A DNA stretch of 64,000 nucleotides from Candidatus Binatia bacterium (GTDB taxonomy: Bacteria > Desulfobacterota > Binatia > UBA9968): the NCBI GenBank assembly GCA_036378835.1, contig DASUVS010000031.1, forward strand, positions 7,002-71,001, read 5' to 3'. The notes under the pieces were generated by a model. That model did not search any database and was not told the origin of the DNA. It saw only the letters and a program-made list of their open reading frames with translations. Both the position numbers and the translations under genes were made by a program. Positions within the stretch are counted from its first letter, which is position 1. The number at the start of each line of letters is the position of its first letter. This document shows positions 51,877-60,416 of this stretch, one piece after another.

Positions 51877-52998
51877 TTAGCCTCTTGGATACAACGCATC
51901 CATCATCAATCGTTTGTGGTGCCCGGGAGTGCCGAGATACTGGTAAAGCGTGTGGGCTAGCACGCTATGCGCCATCATCGGATGGCCATAATCGGTTCCC
52001 GGTCCGGCCCACACCATGTGCGCATAGTTGGTGCCGTGATAATAGCCATCGCTCGCAACGGCCTTGGACTCGTGAACCGCGGCGCGCGCCGGCATGCCGC
52101 TATCGATGCGCCAGATTGCTTCGTAAGTCGCCCAGCGCGCCTGATCGAGATGAATTGAAATATCGACGCAATGGTCTTGCACCCGCTGGAAGCGCCCGAT
52201 CGGTTGGCCGAAAACCACCCGGGTGCGGGTATACTCGCAGGTCATGTCGAAAACTTCTTGCGTGGCCCCCACTTGATAGGCGGATAGAACCGGCAAGGTT
52301 TTCTCGAGGGCCGCTTCCAAGATAGCCCAACTCGCGCCGCTCGACCCGAGCAAATGGCTCGGCGATACGATCACTCGGTCGAAACGCACCTCGGCGACCG
52401 AGATAAAAAAGCCCACGTGAGGCGTGATCGTGATTCCGGGGCTCTTCGCATCGACCAGCACGAAAACGACTTTTCCTTCTTCGCTGCGGGCGGCGCAAAG
52501 AAATGAGGTTGCGGCTTCGGCATCGAAGACAAAGCGTTTGGTCCCGCTCATGATGTAGCGGTCGGAAAGCTTGGTGAGGCGCGTTTCGACGGCTTCCGGT
52601 CCCCAGTAAGCCGCTTTATCGGTAATCGCCGGCACGACGATCGCTTCGCCTTTGCATAGCGATGGCAACAAGGATTTTCTTTGCTCGTCGGTGCACGCTT
52701 CAAAAATCATCTGCGCGCTGAGAATGCCGGATGTGAAAAGCGGCCCCGGCACCGGGCCGCGCCCGAGCTCTTCGAAAACCACGGCGCAATCCATCACCGA
52801 CAAGCCGGCGCCGCCATGTTCTTCCGGCAGCATCATGCCGAGCCAGCCCATCTCGGCGGCTTTTTTGATCAGCTGCGGCTGAAAGGTGTTTTTGTTCTTG
52901 TACCATTGGGTCATCTGGTGCGCCGGCACTTCGGCCTTGACAAAATCCGCCGCAACCTTTTTCAACATTTCTTGATCTTCGGTCAATGATAAGTCCAT
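51877..52998 (-). CDS. Acyl-CoA dehydrogenase family protein
   Basis: 'MDLSLTEDQEMLKK…' and the typical ACAD layout. The ATG at 52998 follows AGGAGA. The N-terminal extension in the ORF track is the translated repeat. Confidence 0.88.
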   Translation of the reverse strand: MDLSLTEDQEMLKKVAADFVKAEVPAHQMTQWYKNKNTFQPQLIKKAAEMGWLGMMLPEEHGGAGLSVMDCAVVFEELGRGPVPGPLFTSGILSAQMIFEACTDEQRKSLLPSLCKGEAIVVPAITDKAAYWGPEAVETRLTKLSDRYIMSGTKRFVFDAEAATSFLCAARSEEGKVVFVLVDAKSPGITITPHVGFFISVAEVRFDRVIVSPSHLLGSSGASWAILEAALEKTLPVLSAYQVGATQEVFDMTCEYTRTRVVFGQPIGRFQRVQDHCVDISIHLDQARWATYEAIWRIDSGMPARAAVHESKAVASDGYYHGTNYAHMVWAGPGTDYGHPMMAHSVLAHTLYQYLGTPGHHKRLMMDALYPRG

Positions 52999-53011
52999 CG
53001 TCTGTCTCCTA

Positions 53012-53095
53012 TTGGAACAAATGGAACGATTGGAACTTTTGGAACGAGCAGTTGCTGTTTTGCTCCAGCCGTTCCAGTCGTTCCAAACGTTCGAC
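53012..53095. repeat. Palindromic array of 9-nt TGGAAC / GTTCCA units
   Basis: 'ttggaacaaatggaacgattggaacttttggaacgag' … 'cgttccagtcgttccaaacgttcg', between the two ACAD genes. Confidence 0.85.
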
Positions 53096-53124
53096 ATGTG
53101 GGTACGAACAGTTTTGCATGTGGT

Positions 53125-54339
53125 TTAATCCGTTTCCGGCGCCTTCTCCGTGGTCGGCCGGCCCAGGCCGAGACGGCGGGCGAAGATCAAGCGGTCGGTA
53201 TCCAATGTGCCGCCGCCGTGCAACTGTCCCGGGCCCGTGCGCACGGCGTATTCGAAATCGACGACTTCGTTGACCGATAAATTTTGCTCCAACGCGTCTG
53301 CGCCCATGATCGCTTGCAGGCGTTCGCCGTTACGCAGGCGCAGCATACGCTGGTAGTAACGCTGCTGTGGCCCGCCGTAGGGATGCGGTTTCTTTGCGAA
53401 GCGGCGCCAATAGATGAGCTGGTTGAAGCGCCTGAGCGTGTTCAACTCGATGGTCATCTCGGCAATCAGATCGCGCACGCGCGGATCTTCCATGATCGGT
53501 TTGCCGTCGATATGCGTATTGCGGCAGTATTCGACCACTCTTTCGATCAGAGGATCCGCGGCGATCCGGCCGTCGCCCCCATGTTCGAGCTCCATGTGGG
53601 TGCTGGCGACTTTCCAGCCGTTGTTCTCGCCACCGATCAAATATTTCGCCGGCACCCGGACATTGTCGAAGAAGACAGAGTTCTTGATGCCCATCATCAT
53701 ATGCATGTGCTGGATCGTGATACCCGGAAGATTTGCCGGGACGTGGAGCCAGGCAAGGTTTTCATGGCGCTTGCCACCGGGCGTGGTGCAGACCAGCGTC
53801 CAGAGATAATCCGGCGGCAGATGATGGCCGACCATGACTTTCTGGCCGTTGACGACATAAACATCGCCGTCGCGAATCGCCTTGGTCTGGCAATTGGCGA
53901 TGTCGCTGCCGCCGTGCGGCTCGGTGAGCACCTGCCAGACGCAAATTTGCGCCCGGGTGATCGGCTCGAGAAATTCGCTTTTTTGCTCTTCGGTTCCCCA
54001 GCGGATCAGCACCGGCGCGACAATACGCGCCAAGGTGTAGAATACGTGCGAGAGATTGAGCCCATACTTGAACAGCTCGGTCTCGAGCACCATCTGATGA
54101 TCGATGGTCAGGTCGGCGCCGCCGTATTTTTTGGGATAGATCGGAAACAACCATCCTTTGGCGCCGAGCTTTTCGGCCAGCCCGCGGCGAAACTTATATT
54201 CGTCTTGGTCCTCGCGGGTCGACCACGAGGCCGACCAGCGCAGCTGCTCGTGGCCGGCAAACTGTTCGGCCATCCAGGCGGCAACTTCTTTTCTGAATTC
54301 AACGACGTGGGGTGGATCGGCAGAGACATTAAAATCCAT
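53125..54339 (-). CDS. Acyl-CoA dehydrogenase family protein
   Basis: 404-aa ACAD-like protein ('LTEPHGGSD', 'GGENNGW'). GGAG RBS. Confidence 0.85.
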   Translation of the reverse strand: MDFNVSADPPHVVEFRKEVAAWMAEQFAGHEQLRWSASWSTREDQDEYKFRRGLAEKLGAKGWLFPIYPKKYGGADLTIDHQMVLETELFKYGLNLSHVFYTLARIVAPVLIRWGTEEQKSEFLEPITRAQICVWQVLTEPHGGSDIANCQTKAIRDGDVYVVNGQKVMVGHHLPPDYLWTLVCTTPGGKRHENLAWLHVPANLPGITIQHMHMMMGIKNSVFFDNVRVPAKYLIGGENNGWKVASTHMELEHGGDGRIAADPLIERVVEYCRNTHIDGKPIMEDPRVRDLIAEMTIELNTLRRFNQLIYWRRFAKKPHPYGGPQQRYYQRMLRLRNGERLQAIMGADALEQNLSVNEVVDFEYAVRTGPGQLHGGGTLDTDRLIFARRLGLGRPTTEKAPETD

Positions 54340-54354
54340 ATATTTCTCCTTTTT

Positions 54355-54480
54355 TAGGGCGTCCCAAAACGCCCACCTGCTTTGTTGCGCTCGTCCCGTT
54401 CGCTTCAGCGTACCTCCAGAGTACGCTTCCGCTCACGGTCCGTCGCGCGCCGCGCATCTGGACGTTTTTGAACGCCCTAG
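54355..54480. repeat. ~125-nt nested imperfect palindrome (REP/MITE-like)
   Basis: Outer arms TAGGGCGTCCCAAAACGCCC and GGACGTTTTTGAACGCCCTAG, with inner arms AGCGTAC…GTACGCT. Confidence 0.7.
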
Positions 54481-54505
54481 TATATTTTCACCCGAGCAAA
54501 ACCAA

Positions 54506-55687
54506 TTAAATCACTCGATCATTGCGGAGCTCTTTGAGAGCTGTCTTGTCATATCCCAATTGTCCCAGCACTTCTTCGGTGTGTTCGCCGAGCAGCGGCG
54601 CGGGTCGATAAAATCGCGCCGGCGTTCCGGATAGATTGATCGGGCTGCCGACCAGCTGGGTCACGCCCATTTGCGGGTGCGTAATCTGCCGGGGAATACC
54701 CAGGTGCTTCACCTGCGGATTCTCGAATACCTCCTGGATGGTGTTGATCGGCGCGTTGGGAATGCTGTTGGCGTCCAATCGCCGCAACCAGTGATCGCGC
54801 GCTTTCCCGGCAAACTGCTGGCGGAGAATCTTGACGATCTCCTCGTGCCGGTCGGTGCGCTGCTTGCGGGAAGCAAAGCGCGGATCGCCGATCAATGAAT
54901 CCAGCTCCGCCGCTTCGAGCAATCCTTCCCACGCCTGGTTGTGCCCCGAGAGGTGAACCATGAAGGGCTTCTTGTCGCAGTCCAGCAGACTATAGATCCG
55001 CCCCTTGGGAAAATTCTCACGCGAGACCGCTTCGCCGCCGTTTAGATAATCGGCCACGTGCGATTCGATGAAAGCGGTGGCCACCTGCAGAAGCGACACG
55101 TCGATGAACTGGCCTATGCCGGTTTTCACGCGTGCCAGAAGGGCGGCCGTAATGCCGTGAACAGAGAAGATGCCGGCGCAGTGGTCCACGAACGAGATGC
55201 CGGCGACTTTCGGATCATCGAGATCCGTGACCAAGCTCATCATGCCGCTGAGCGCCTGACCGATTGTGTCGAATCCGGGCTTGTCGCGATAGGGACCGCT
55301 CTGGCCGTAGCCGGAGATCGAACAATGAACCAGTTTGGGATTGATCTTCGCCAGGTCTTGATAGTCGAGCCCTAGTTTAGTTCTCGTTGGCGGGCGGAAA
55401 TTTTCCAGAAAGATGTCAGCCGTGGTGAGCAGCTTAAACAAAATCTCGCGGCCTTTTTTCTGCCCCAGATCCAGTGTGACGCTTTTCTTGTTCCGATTAA
55501 GCGCGCGAAAGCTCGGCCCATAGCCTTCGTATTTTGGATTGCGCCCGCGGTGGGTATCGCCGCCGCCAGGCAGTTCGACTTTGATGACGTCACAGCCGAG
55601 ATCGCCCAAGAGGCTTCCGGCATAGGGCCCGGCCACGTGACCGCTAACATCGATACAAACAAAACCTTCCAAGGCTCCAGAAATCAT
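54506..55687 (-). CDS. Family III CoA-transferase (CaiB/BaiF)
   Basis: 'GPYAGSLLGDLGCDVIKVE', and length and layout typical of the family. Confidence 0.9.
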   Translation of the reverse strand: MISGALEGFVCIDVSGHVAGPYAGSLLGDLGCDVIKVELPGGGDTHRGRNPKYEGYGPSFRALNRNKKSVTLDLGQKKGREILFKLLTTADIFLENFRPPTRTKLGLDYQDLAKINPKLVHCSISGYGQSGPYRDKPGFDTIGQALSGMMSLVTDLDDPKVAGISFVDHCAGIFSVHGITAALLARVKTGIGQFIDVSLLQVATAFIESHVADYLNGGEAVSRENFPKGRIYSLLDCDKKPFMVHLSGHNQAWEGLLEAAELDSLIGDPRFASRKQRTDRHEEIVKILRQQFAGKARDHWLRRLDANSIPNAPINTIQEVFENPQVKHLGIPRQITHPQMGVTQLVGSPINLSGTPARFYRPAPLLGEHTEEVLGQLGYDKTALKELRNDRVI

Positions 55688-55689
55688 GC

Positions 55690-56105
55690 GCGTTTTAAAA
55701 ATTTCAAGCTCAAGCGATTCATCTATCGCAATCGAGAATTGTTTTCCACCGCCAGGCCAAGCACGATCGTTAAGATCAGGCGAGTTTCCGACTTCTATTG
55801 CGAAATGTTAACGATGGCGGCTGTACATTTGCCGCGAAGAATGTGCCATCACAATCGTGCAGCGGGAAACACCTAAATCTTCGAGCTCGAGATACTGAAT
55901 TTTAGCGCCATACTTCATGAGACCAGGTCAGCGCCGAGTATGCCTCAGGAACCCGGGATGATCCTCGACCTGATCGGCGTTCACGATTTGTTCGCCAACA
56001 TTTGTCGCTCGGCGAATCTTGCCTTTGAACCGAGCCCTCCGGCATACAGGGCTGCACTCAGCCCGGCCATGCGCCGCCGGGAATGACGATGTCATACGGA
56101 TTCAT
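55690..56105 (-). pseudogene. Eroded thioredoxin-reductase-like flavoprotein gene
   Basis: Different frames of one strand read MNPYDIVIPGG / MAGLSAALYAGGLGSK / GEQIVNADQVEDHPGF / GILGADLV / KYGAKIQY / GVSRCT / CDGTFFAA, in TrxR order but broken by frameshifts and stops. Confidence 0.55.
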
Positions 56106-56109
56106 GACG

Positions 56110-57126
56110 CTACTTGTAGAGGCTGTCGATGTAGCCGGAGCGGTCAAGCTCTTCGATAAACCGCGTGTTGACAAATTCCTTCGGATTAGCGGTTTTTGCC
56201 GCGGGAACTCTTTTCGACAGGTCGTCGAAGATCGTCTTAAAACCATCGAGCGTCGGATAGGGCTTGATCGGCACGAAACTCTTGAGCAGCAAGTACGTAT
56301 CGTCGATCTCTTTTTCATCTTTGATCTGCATGCGCCTCGACAACGCACGCTTTGCCACAGTTGGATCAGTACGCATCAGATGAATCCCTTCGATCAGCGA
56401 CTTCACAACGCGGCGCACGAGGTCAGGATTTTTCGAGATAAATTTATCAGTCGTGTTCAGGCCGGTTTGCTGTACAGGGATATCCATCTCCTGCATATTC
56501 ACCAAAACTCGCATACCGGACGCAAGGGCTTTTAGATAATAAGGCGGCTGAATGATCGCTCCGTCTATGGTCTTGCCCGCGGTGAGAGACGCTAGAAGGA
56601 TCGGGACATCGCCGACCTGAATATAGGAGACGTCCTTATCCGGATCCAATCCTAGTTTCCCAACCAGGAGCCGGGTCATCGAATCCGTAACGGTGCCGAA
56701 ACGCGTGATCCCGAGTCTCTTACCCTTGAGATCCGCAACAGTCTTGATCTCCGGGCGCACTACCAGCCGGTAGAGGGGCTTGTCGAGAAAGCTGGTCACC
56801 ATGACTACGTCGGCACCCTGCAGCCTAGCGGATGAAAGTAAACTGCCGGAGTACACGCACATGTCCACTTCACCTGCAATCATTGCCGTCTGGCCAAGTG
56901 TCGTCCGCAGGTAGAGGATTTGCGGGTCGATACCGTTTTTGTGAAATAGCTTGCCCTCGTCGGTGACCCATAGCATCGCGTTGCTGACCGTCACGCCGGA
57001 ATAGCCAATGCGGATCCTGTCGGCGGCATGTGCTACTCCGCACACCAGCGCAGCCAGCAGAATCAAAGATAGTACGCCGATGCCGCGTTTACTTGTAAAG
57101 ACTGTCGATATAACCACTTTGATCAA
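56110..57126 (-). CDS. NMT1/SsuA-like ABC substrate-binding protein (tandem paralogue 2)
   Basis: Signal peptide, 'ADRIRIGYSG…', C-terminus 'SGYIDSLYK'. The start overlaps the upstream paralogue. Confidence 0.8.
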   Translation of the reverse strand: MIKVVISTVFTSKRGIGVLSLILLAALVCGVAHAADRIRIGYSGVTVSNAMLWVTDEGKLFHKNGIDPQILYLRTTLGQTAMIAGEVDMCVYSGSLLSSARLQGADVVMVTSFLDKPLYRLVVRPEIKTVADLKGKRLGITRFGTVTDSMTRLLVGKLGLDPDKDVSYIQVGDVPILLASLTAGKTIDGAIIQPPYYLKALASGMRVLVNMQEMDIPVQQTGLNTTDKFISKNPDLVRRVVKSLIEGIHLMRTDPTVAKRALSRRMQIKDEKEIDDTYLLLKSFVPIKPYPTLDGFKTIFDDLSKRVPAAKTANPKEFVNTRFIEELDRSGYIDSLYK

Positions 57127-58075
57127 GCTCCTCGATGAATTTTGGCTCGGAAAAATCCTTGGGATCGGCCGTTTTCGCGGCAGGCATTCTGTTCATCAGA
57201 CTGCTCAGGATCGCGCGGAATCCGTCCAGGCTGGGATAGGGTTTCGGTCGGGTGAATCCATTCAACAATTGGTACGTCTCTGCCAATTCGCTTTCGTTCT
57301 TGCTGTGCAGACGTGCAGACAAGGCGCGTTTGGCTATGAGGGGTTCTTTCCGCAGCAGCGCTGCGCCTTCCACTATGGATTTTACAACGCGCCGGGTGAT
57401 ATCCGGTCGGCTGCTGATATATTTTCCGGTGGTTACGAGGCCGGCATGTTGGTAGGGAATGATCGTTTCTTCAAGATTAAACATGACACGGCCACCGGCT
57501 TCGACGGCCTTTCTATATTCCGGCGGATCGAAGATCGCGCCATCGATGCTCTTGGCTTGAAGGGCAACTAGGCGAGTCGGATTGTCGCCAATTTGGAGAA
57601 TGGAAACGTCCTTGTCAGGATTCAGGCCTAGTTTCGAAACCATTAACCGCATGCCAAAATCCGAGGCTGTGCCGAAACGAGTGATGCCAAGTCGTTTTCC
57701 CCTGAGATCCGCGACCGACCTGATGTCGGGCCGGACAACGAGGCGGGACAACAAATGGTCCAGGAAACTTACGACCATGGTAACATCCGCTCCTTGCAGC
57801 CGAGCCGGTGTCATCAGCAGTCCGGTGTACACGGCGAATTGAGTTTCTCCGGCAATCAACGCGCTTTGTCCCAAGGAACCCGCGAGATAGATAACCTCCA
57901 CATCCAATCCGTTTTTCTCGAAGAGTTTCCCTTCCTTGCTTACCCAAAGAAGGGCGTTGCTGATCGAGGGTCCTGAATAACTGATACGAAGCCTGTCGGC
58001 GGCGAGGCTTGTGTCGCTCAAGAAGAGCAGGACAAATATGAATGGAAAAACAATCCTTCTTTTGGCGGTGATCAT
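57089..58075 (-). CDS. NMT1/SsuA-like ABC substrate-binding protein (tandem paralogue 1)
   Basis: Signal peptide from the ATG at 58075, 'ADRLRISYSG…', and the identical C-terminus 'SGYIDSLYK'. Confidence 0.8.
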   Translation of the reverse strand: MITAKRRIVFPFIFVLLFLSDTSLAADRLRISYSGPSISNALLWVSKEGKLFEKNGLDVEVIYLAGSLGQSALIAGETQFAVYTGLLMTPARLQGADVTMVVSFLDHLLSRLVVRPDIRSVADLRGKRLGITRFGTASDFGMRLMVSKLGLNPDKDVSILQIGDNPTRLVALQAKSIDGAIFDPPEYRKAVEAGGRVMFNLEETIIPYQHAGLVTTGKYISSRPDITRRVVKSIVEGAALLRKEPLIAKRALSARLHSKNESELAETYQLLNGFTRPKPYPSLDGFRAILSSLMNRMPAAKTADPKDFSEPKFIEELDQSGYIDSLYK

Positions 58076-58338
58076 AAACTCGATAGCTCCCCGGTTCGCA
58101 ACCACGGCTGAAGGTCGCTGCGGAATTGAATGATGCCAAGGCTGATAATGTTGCGGCTTAGCGCCAGAGGTAAAAGCTGGGCATGACTCTGAACAAACAA
58201 CAATCGGCGTGCCAGCTATTTGACAGATATCGTTGTACGTTGGTCGATATGCATAACGCGAACGACACCTACGAACGCGCGGTCAATCGAACTAAAGTTC
58301 AGCAACGATAGCGATCTGTAGCCTTCACACAATCTCGG

Positions 58339-59391
58339 CTATTCACCGACGGCCTTGGTCACCGAGCGTGTCGAGCCGCCTTCGGGAGTGCTCTGACCCC
58401 ACACGTGGATATACTGCGATTGAGAGCCGTCTCCGCCCGCTACGACCACGATAATATCCTCAGGGTGATCGGTGACAGGAATGATACTCTCACGGGTAAG
58501 ATTTCGGTGCGACCAACGCTTGACTCTTTGATTAAACGTTTCCTCAGGCAAATCCTTCATGCGGTAGGCTGCTCGCTGCCAAACAAACTGCTGCACATCT
58601 TTCTTACTGAAGCCGTCATTGGCAATGATTTTTGCGTGCTCCGGGCAGATCACCATGATCGCTTCAGGCCCCGAAGGTCCGTCCATCTTTTGAGCAAAAT
58701 TAGTCAGCACGCCCTCTGCGGTGGTGCTGTCGAGATCGGAAGCGCGCACGGAGCCGTCGGCGCTGATCGCCGTGACCGTGCTCGAATTCCTGTCAAAACC
58801 GCGTTCGACATGCAGCGGCTCCCACGGACTAGCCTCTTCGTTCTCACCCATGCAGATGGAGTACTTGCCAGGCCAACCTAGGGTCGCCTTGCAGGTCGTC
58901 TCTGGATACGAGCCGCCGATGTTCCGCTGGATCAGACGAATGCAACGGCCAATGGTTGCGTTGGCCCGCCAGCCCTCGCCGAGCGCATTGTAGCCGCCGT
59001 TGACCTGGATCCGATGCCGCACGGGTCCGTTGATGATCAGCATCACCGCCGGCCCGCCGGTCGTTGCTTGAAGTGCATAGAGGTTCAACTTCGGGTCGGT
59101 GATCGCTTCCACTGCAGCGATGAGGACGGGCATGTATTCGGGCTTGCAACCCGCCATGACAGCGTTGATGGCAATTTTCTCCACGGTGGCCGAGGCCCAC
59201 TTCGGCGGCACTGTGCCGATGACCTCGTCCGCTTTGCGCTTGGTAGCGGAGAGCATCCGCGCGACGCGATCTTCCGTCGGCGGAACGATGGGCAGTCCGT
59301 CACTCCAACCCTTCGCTTCAAAAAAATCGTTGGCAGCCCAGAGTTCATCGTCAATTTCAATCCGCTCCGACTGAAATGCTTGTTGTTTCAT
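58339..59391 (-). CDS. Conserved-looking hypothetical protein (350 aa), partner of the UGSC selenoprotein
   Basis: Clean ORF. The ATG at 59391 follows AAGGAA, 31 nt after the selenoprotein stop. 'GWSDGLPIVPPT' is the only striking motif, and I recognise no domain. Confidence 0.7.
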   Translation of the reverse strand: MKQQAFQSERIEIDDELWAANDFFEAKGWSDGLPIVPPTEDRVARMLSATKRKADEVIGTVPPKWASATVEKIAINAVMAGCKPEYMPVLIAAVEAITDPKLNLYALQATTGGPAVMLIINGPVRHRIQVNGGYNALGEGWRANATIGRCIRLIQRNIGGSYPETTCKATLGWPGKYSICMGENEEASPWEPLHVERGFDRNSSTVTAISADGSVRASDLDSTTAEGVLTNFAQKMDGPSGPEAIMVICPEHAKIIANDGFSKKDVQQFVWQRAAYRMKDLPEETFNQRVKRWSHRNLTRESIIPVTDHPEDIIVVVAGGDGSQSQYIHVWGQSTPEGGSTRSVTKAVGE

Positions 59392-59422
59392 GTTCCTTAT
59401 TCCCAACGTATGCGAACTAGAA

Positions 59423-59986
59423 TTACGAAAGCGCTCGAGAGTCTCCATTTGAGGCTTGGCGCGCATCGAGTAAGGCTTCGAGCAGCTTCTCGAAGACGGC
59501 GTCAGCACGCTTTTTGACTTCTTCGGCTTTGACCGTGCCGATCGGATGCTGCACGATCACAATCGGCGAATCGGGAGCACCGAAAGCTTCGCGCTCCGAC
59601 TTCGCCAGCGCCTCAAAGGGATGAGAGATAACGGTGACGGCGAGCCGGCCGCGTTTTTGTAGTTCAATGGAATCGTGGATACTCCACGATGTGCAGGACC
59701 CTCAATCTCCCAATCCGCTGATGACGAAGTCGGCGTGAGCGGCGAGATCGTCGAGGTACGCTTTGGGCGCGCCTTGCTGGGCGGTAAGTTTGCGGCGTCT
59801 TACAACGCCTGCCACATCGCAATTCTGTCTGAGTAACTGCTCAAAACGTGCTTGAAGCATATCGTTGTTGGGCTTGCTGTTGTCCAACAAACCCACCGTC
59901 TTGCCGTTAAGATCTGCAAAGCGTGGCAGCGCGGCAATCCGTTCCGATGATGTTCGCGCTTTTCCTTCCGGACTTAATACAATCAT
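59423..59986 (-). CDS. UGSC-motif selenoprotein (187 aa, Sec encoded by TGA at 59702-59704)
   Basis: The same-frame continuation past the TGA gives …SGLGD-U-GSCTSWSIHDSIELQKRG…HPIGTVKAEEVKKRADAVFEKLLEALL… up to TAA at 59423. There is an AAGGAG RBS at the start and a SECIS-like hairpin after the UGA. Confidence 0.75.
59672..59690 (-). promoter_or_regulatory. Putative bacterial SECIS hairpin
   Basis: A perfect 8-bp stem AUCGUGGA/UCCACGAU with a GUA loop, beginning 11 nt after the UGA. Confidence 0.6.
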
Positions 59987-60416
59987 TTGTTTCTCCTTGT
60001 TCGGTTCGATCGCATTCTTTGACCTATTCTGAGCGGATTCTGTCTCGTCGAAATCGACTCTTATTGGGATTTTACCCTCTGTCTAATGCCTATTTGAATG
60101 ATGGTTGTTGAATTTTTTCCGATAACGAGACATCGATGCGATTCTGCTGCCCGCCCTCGCAACTGGGATAACCGGCAGGCGCGCGAACGCTGGATACAGC
60201 TTCCTTTATCGCAAGCAAAAAATGTTGTCTACCGGCGCAATCACTGTGCGCTGCGCGCTCGGGCGCGAAGAACTTCATGCCTGGATGACCGCTTGATCAC
60301 CGGCAGCCGCGCGGGTGGTATGTTTGATGAGCAGTTGTCGTTTATACGATCTGTAAATTCTTGTTGCCTGATTGTTTGAAGATGTGAAATATTCTGGGCT
60401 CAGAGGAGGGAAGACG

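Noticed and set aside
53284-54357. 357-aa ORF on the plus strand
   Set aside because: It is antisense to a recognisable acyl-CoA dehydrogenase, so it is a shadow ORF.
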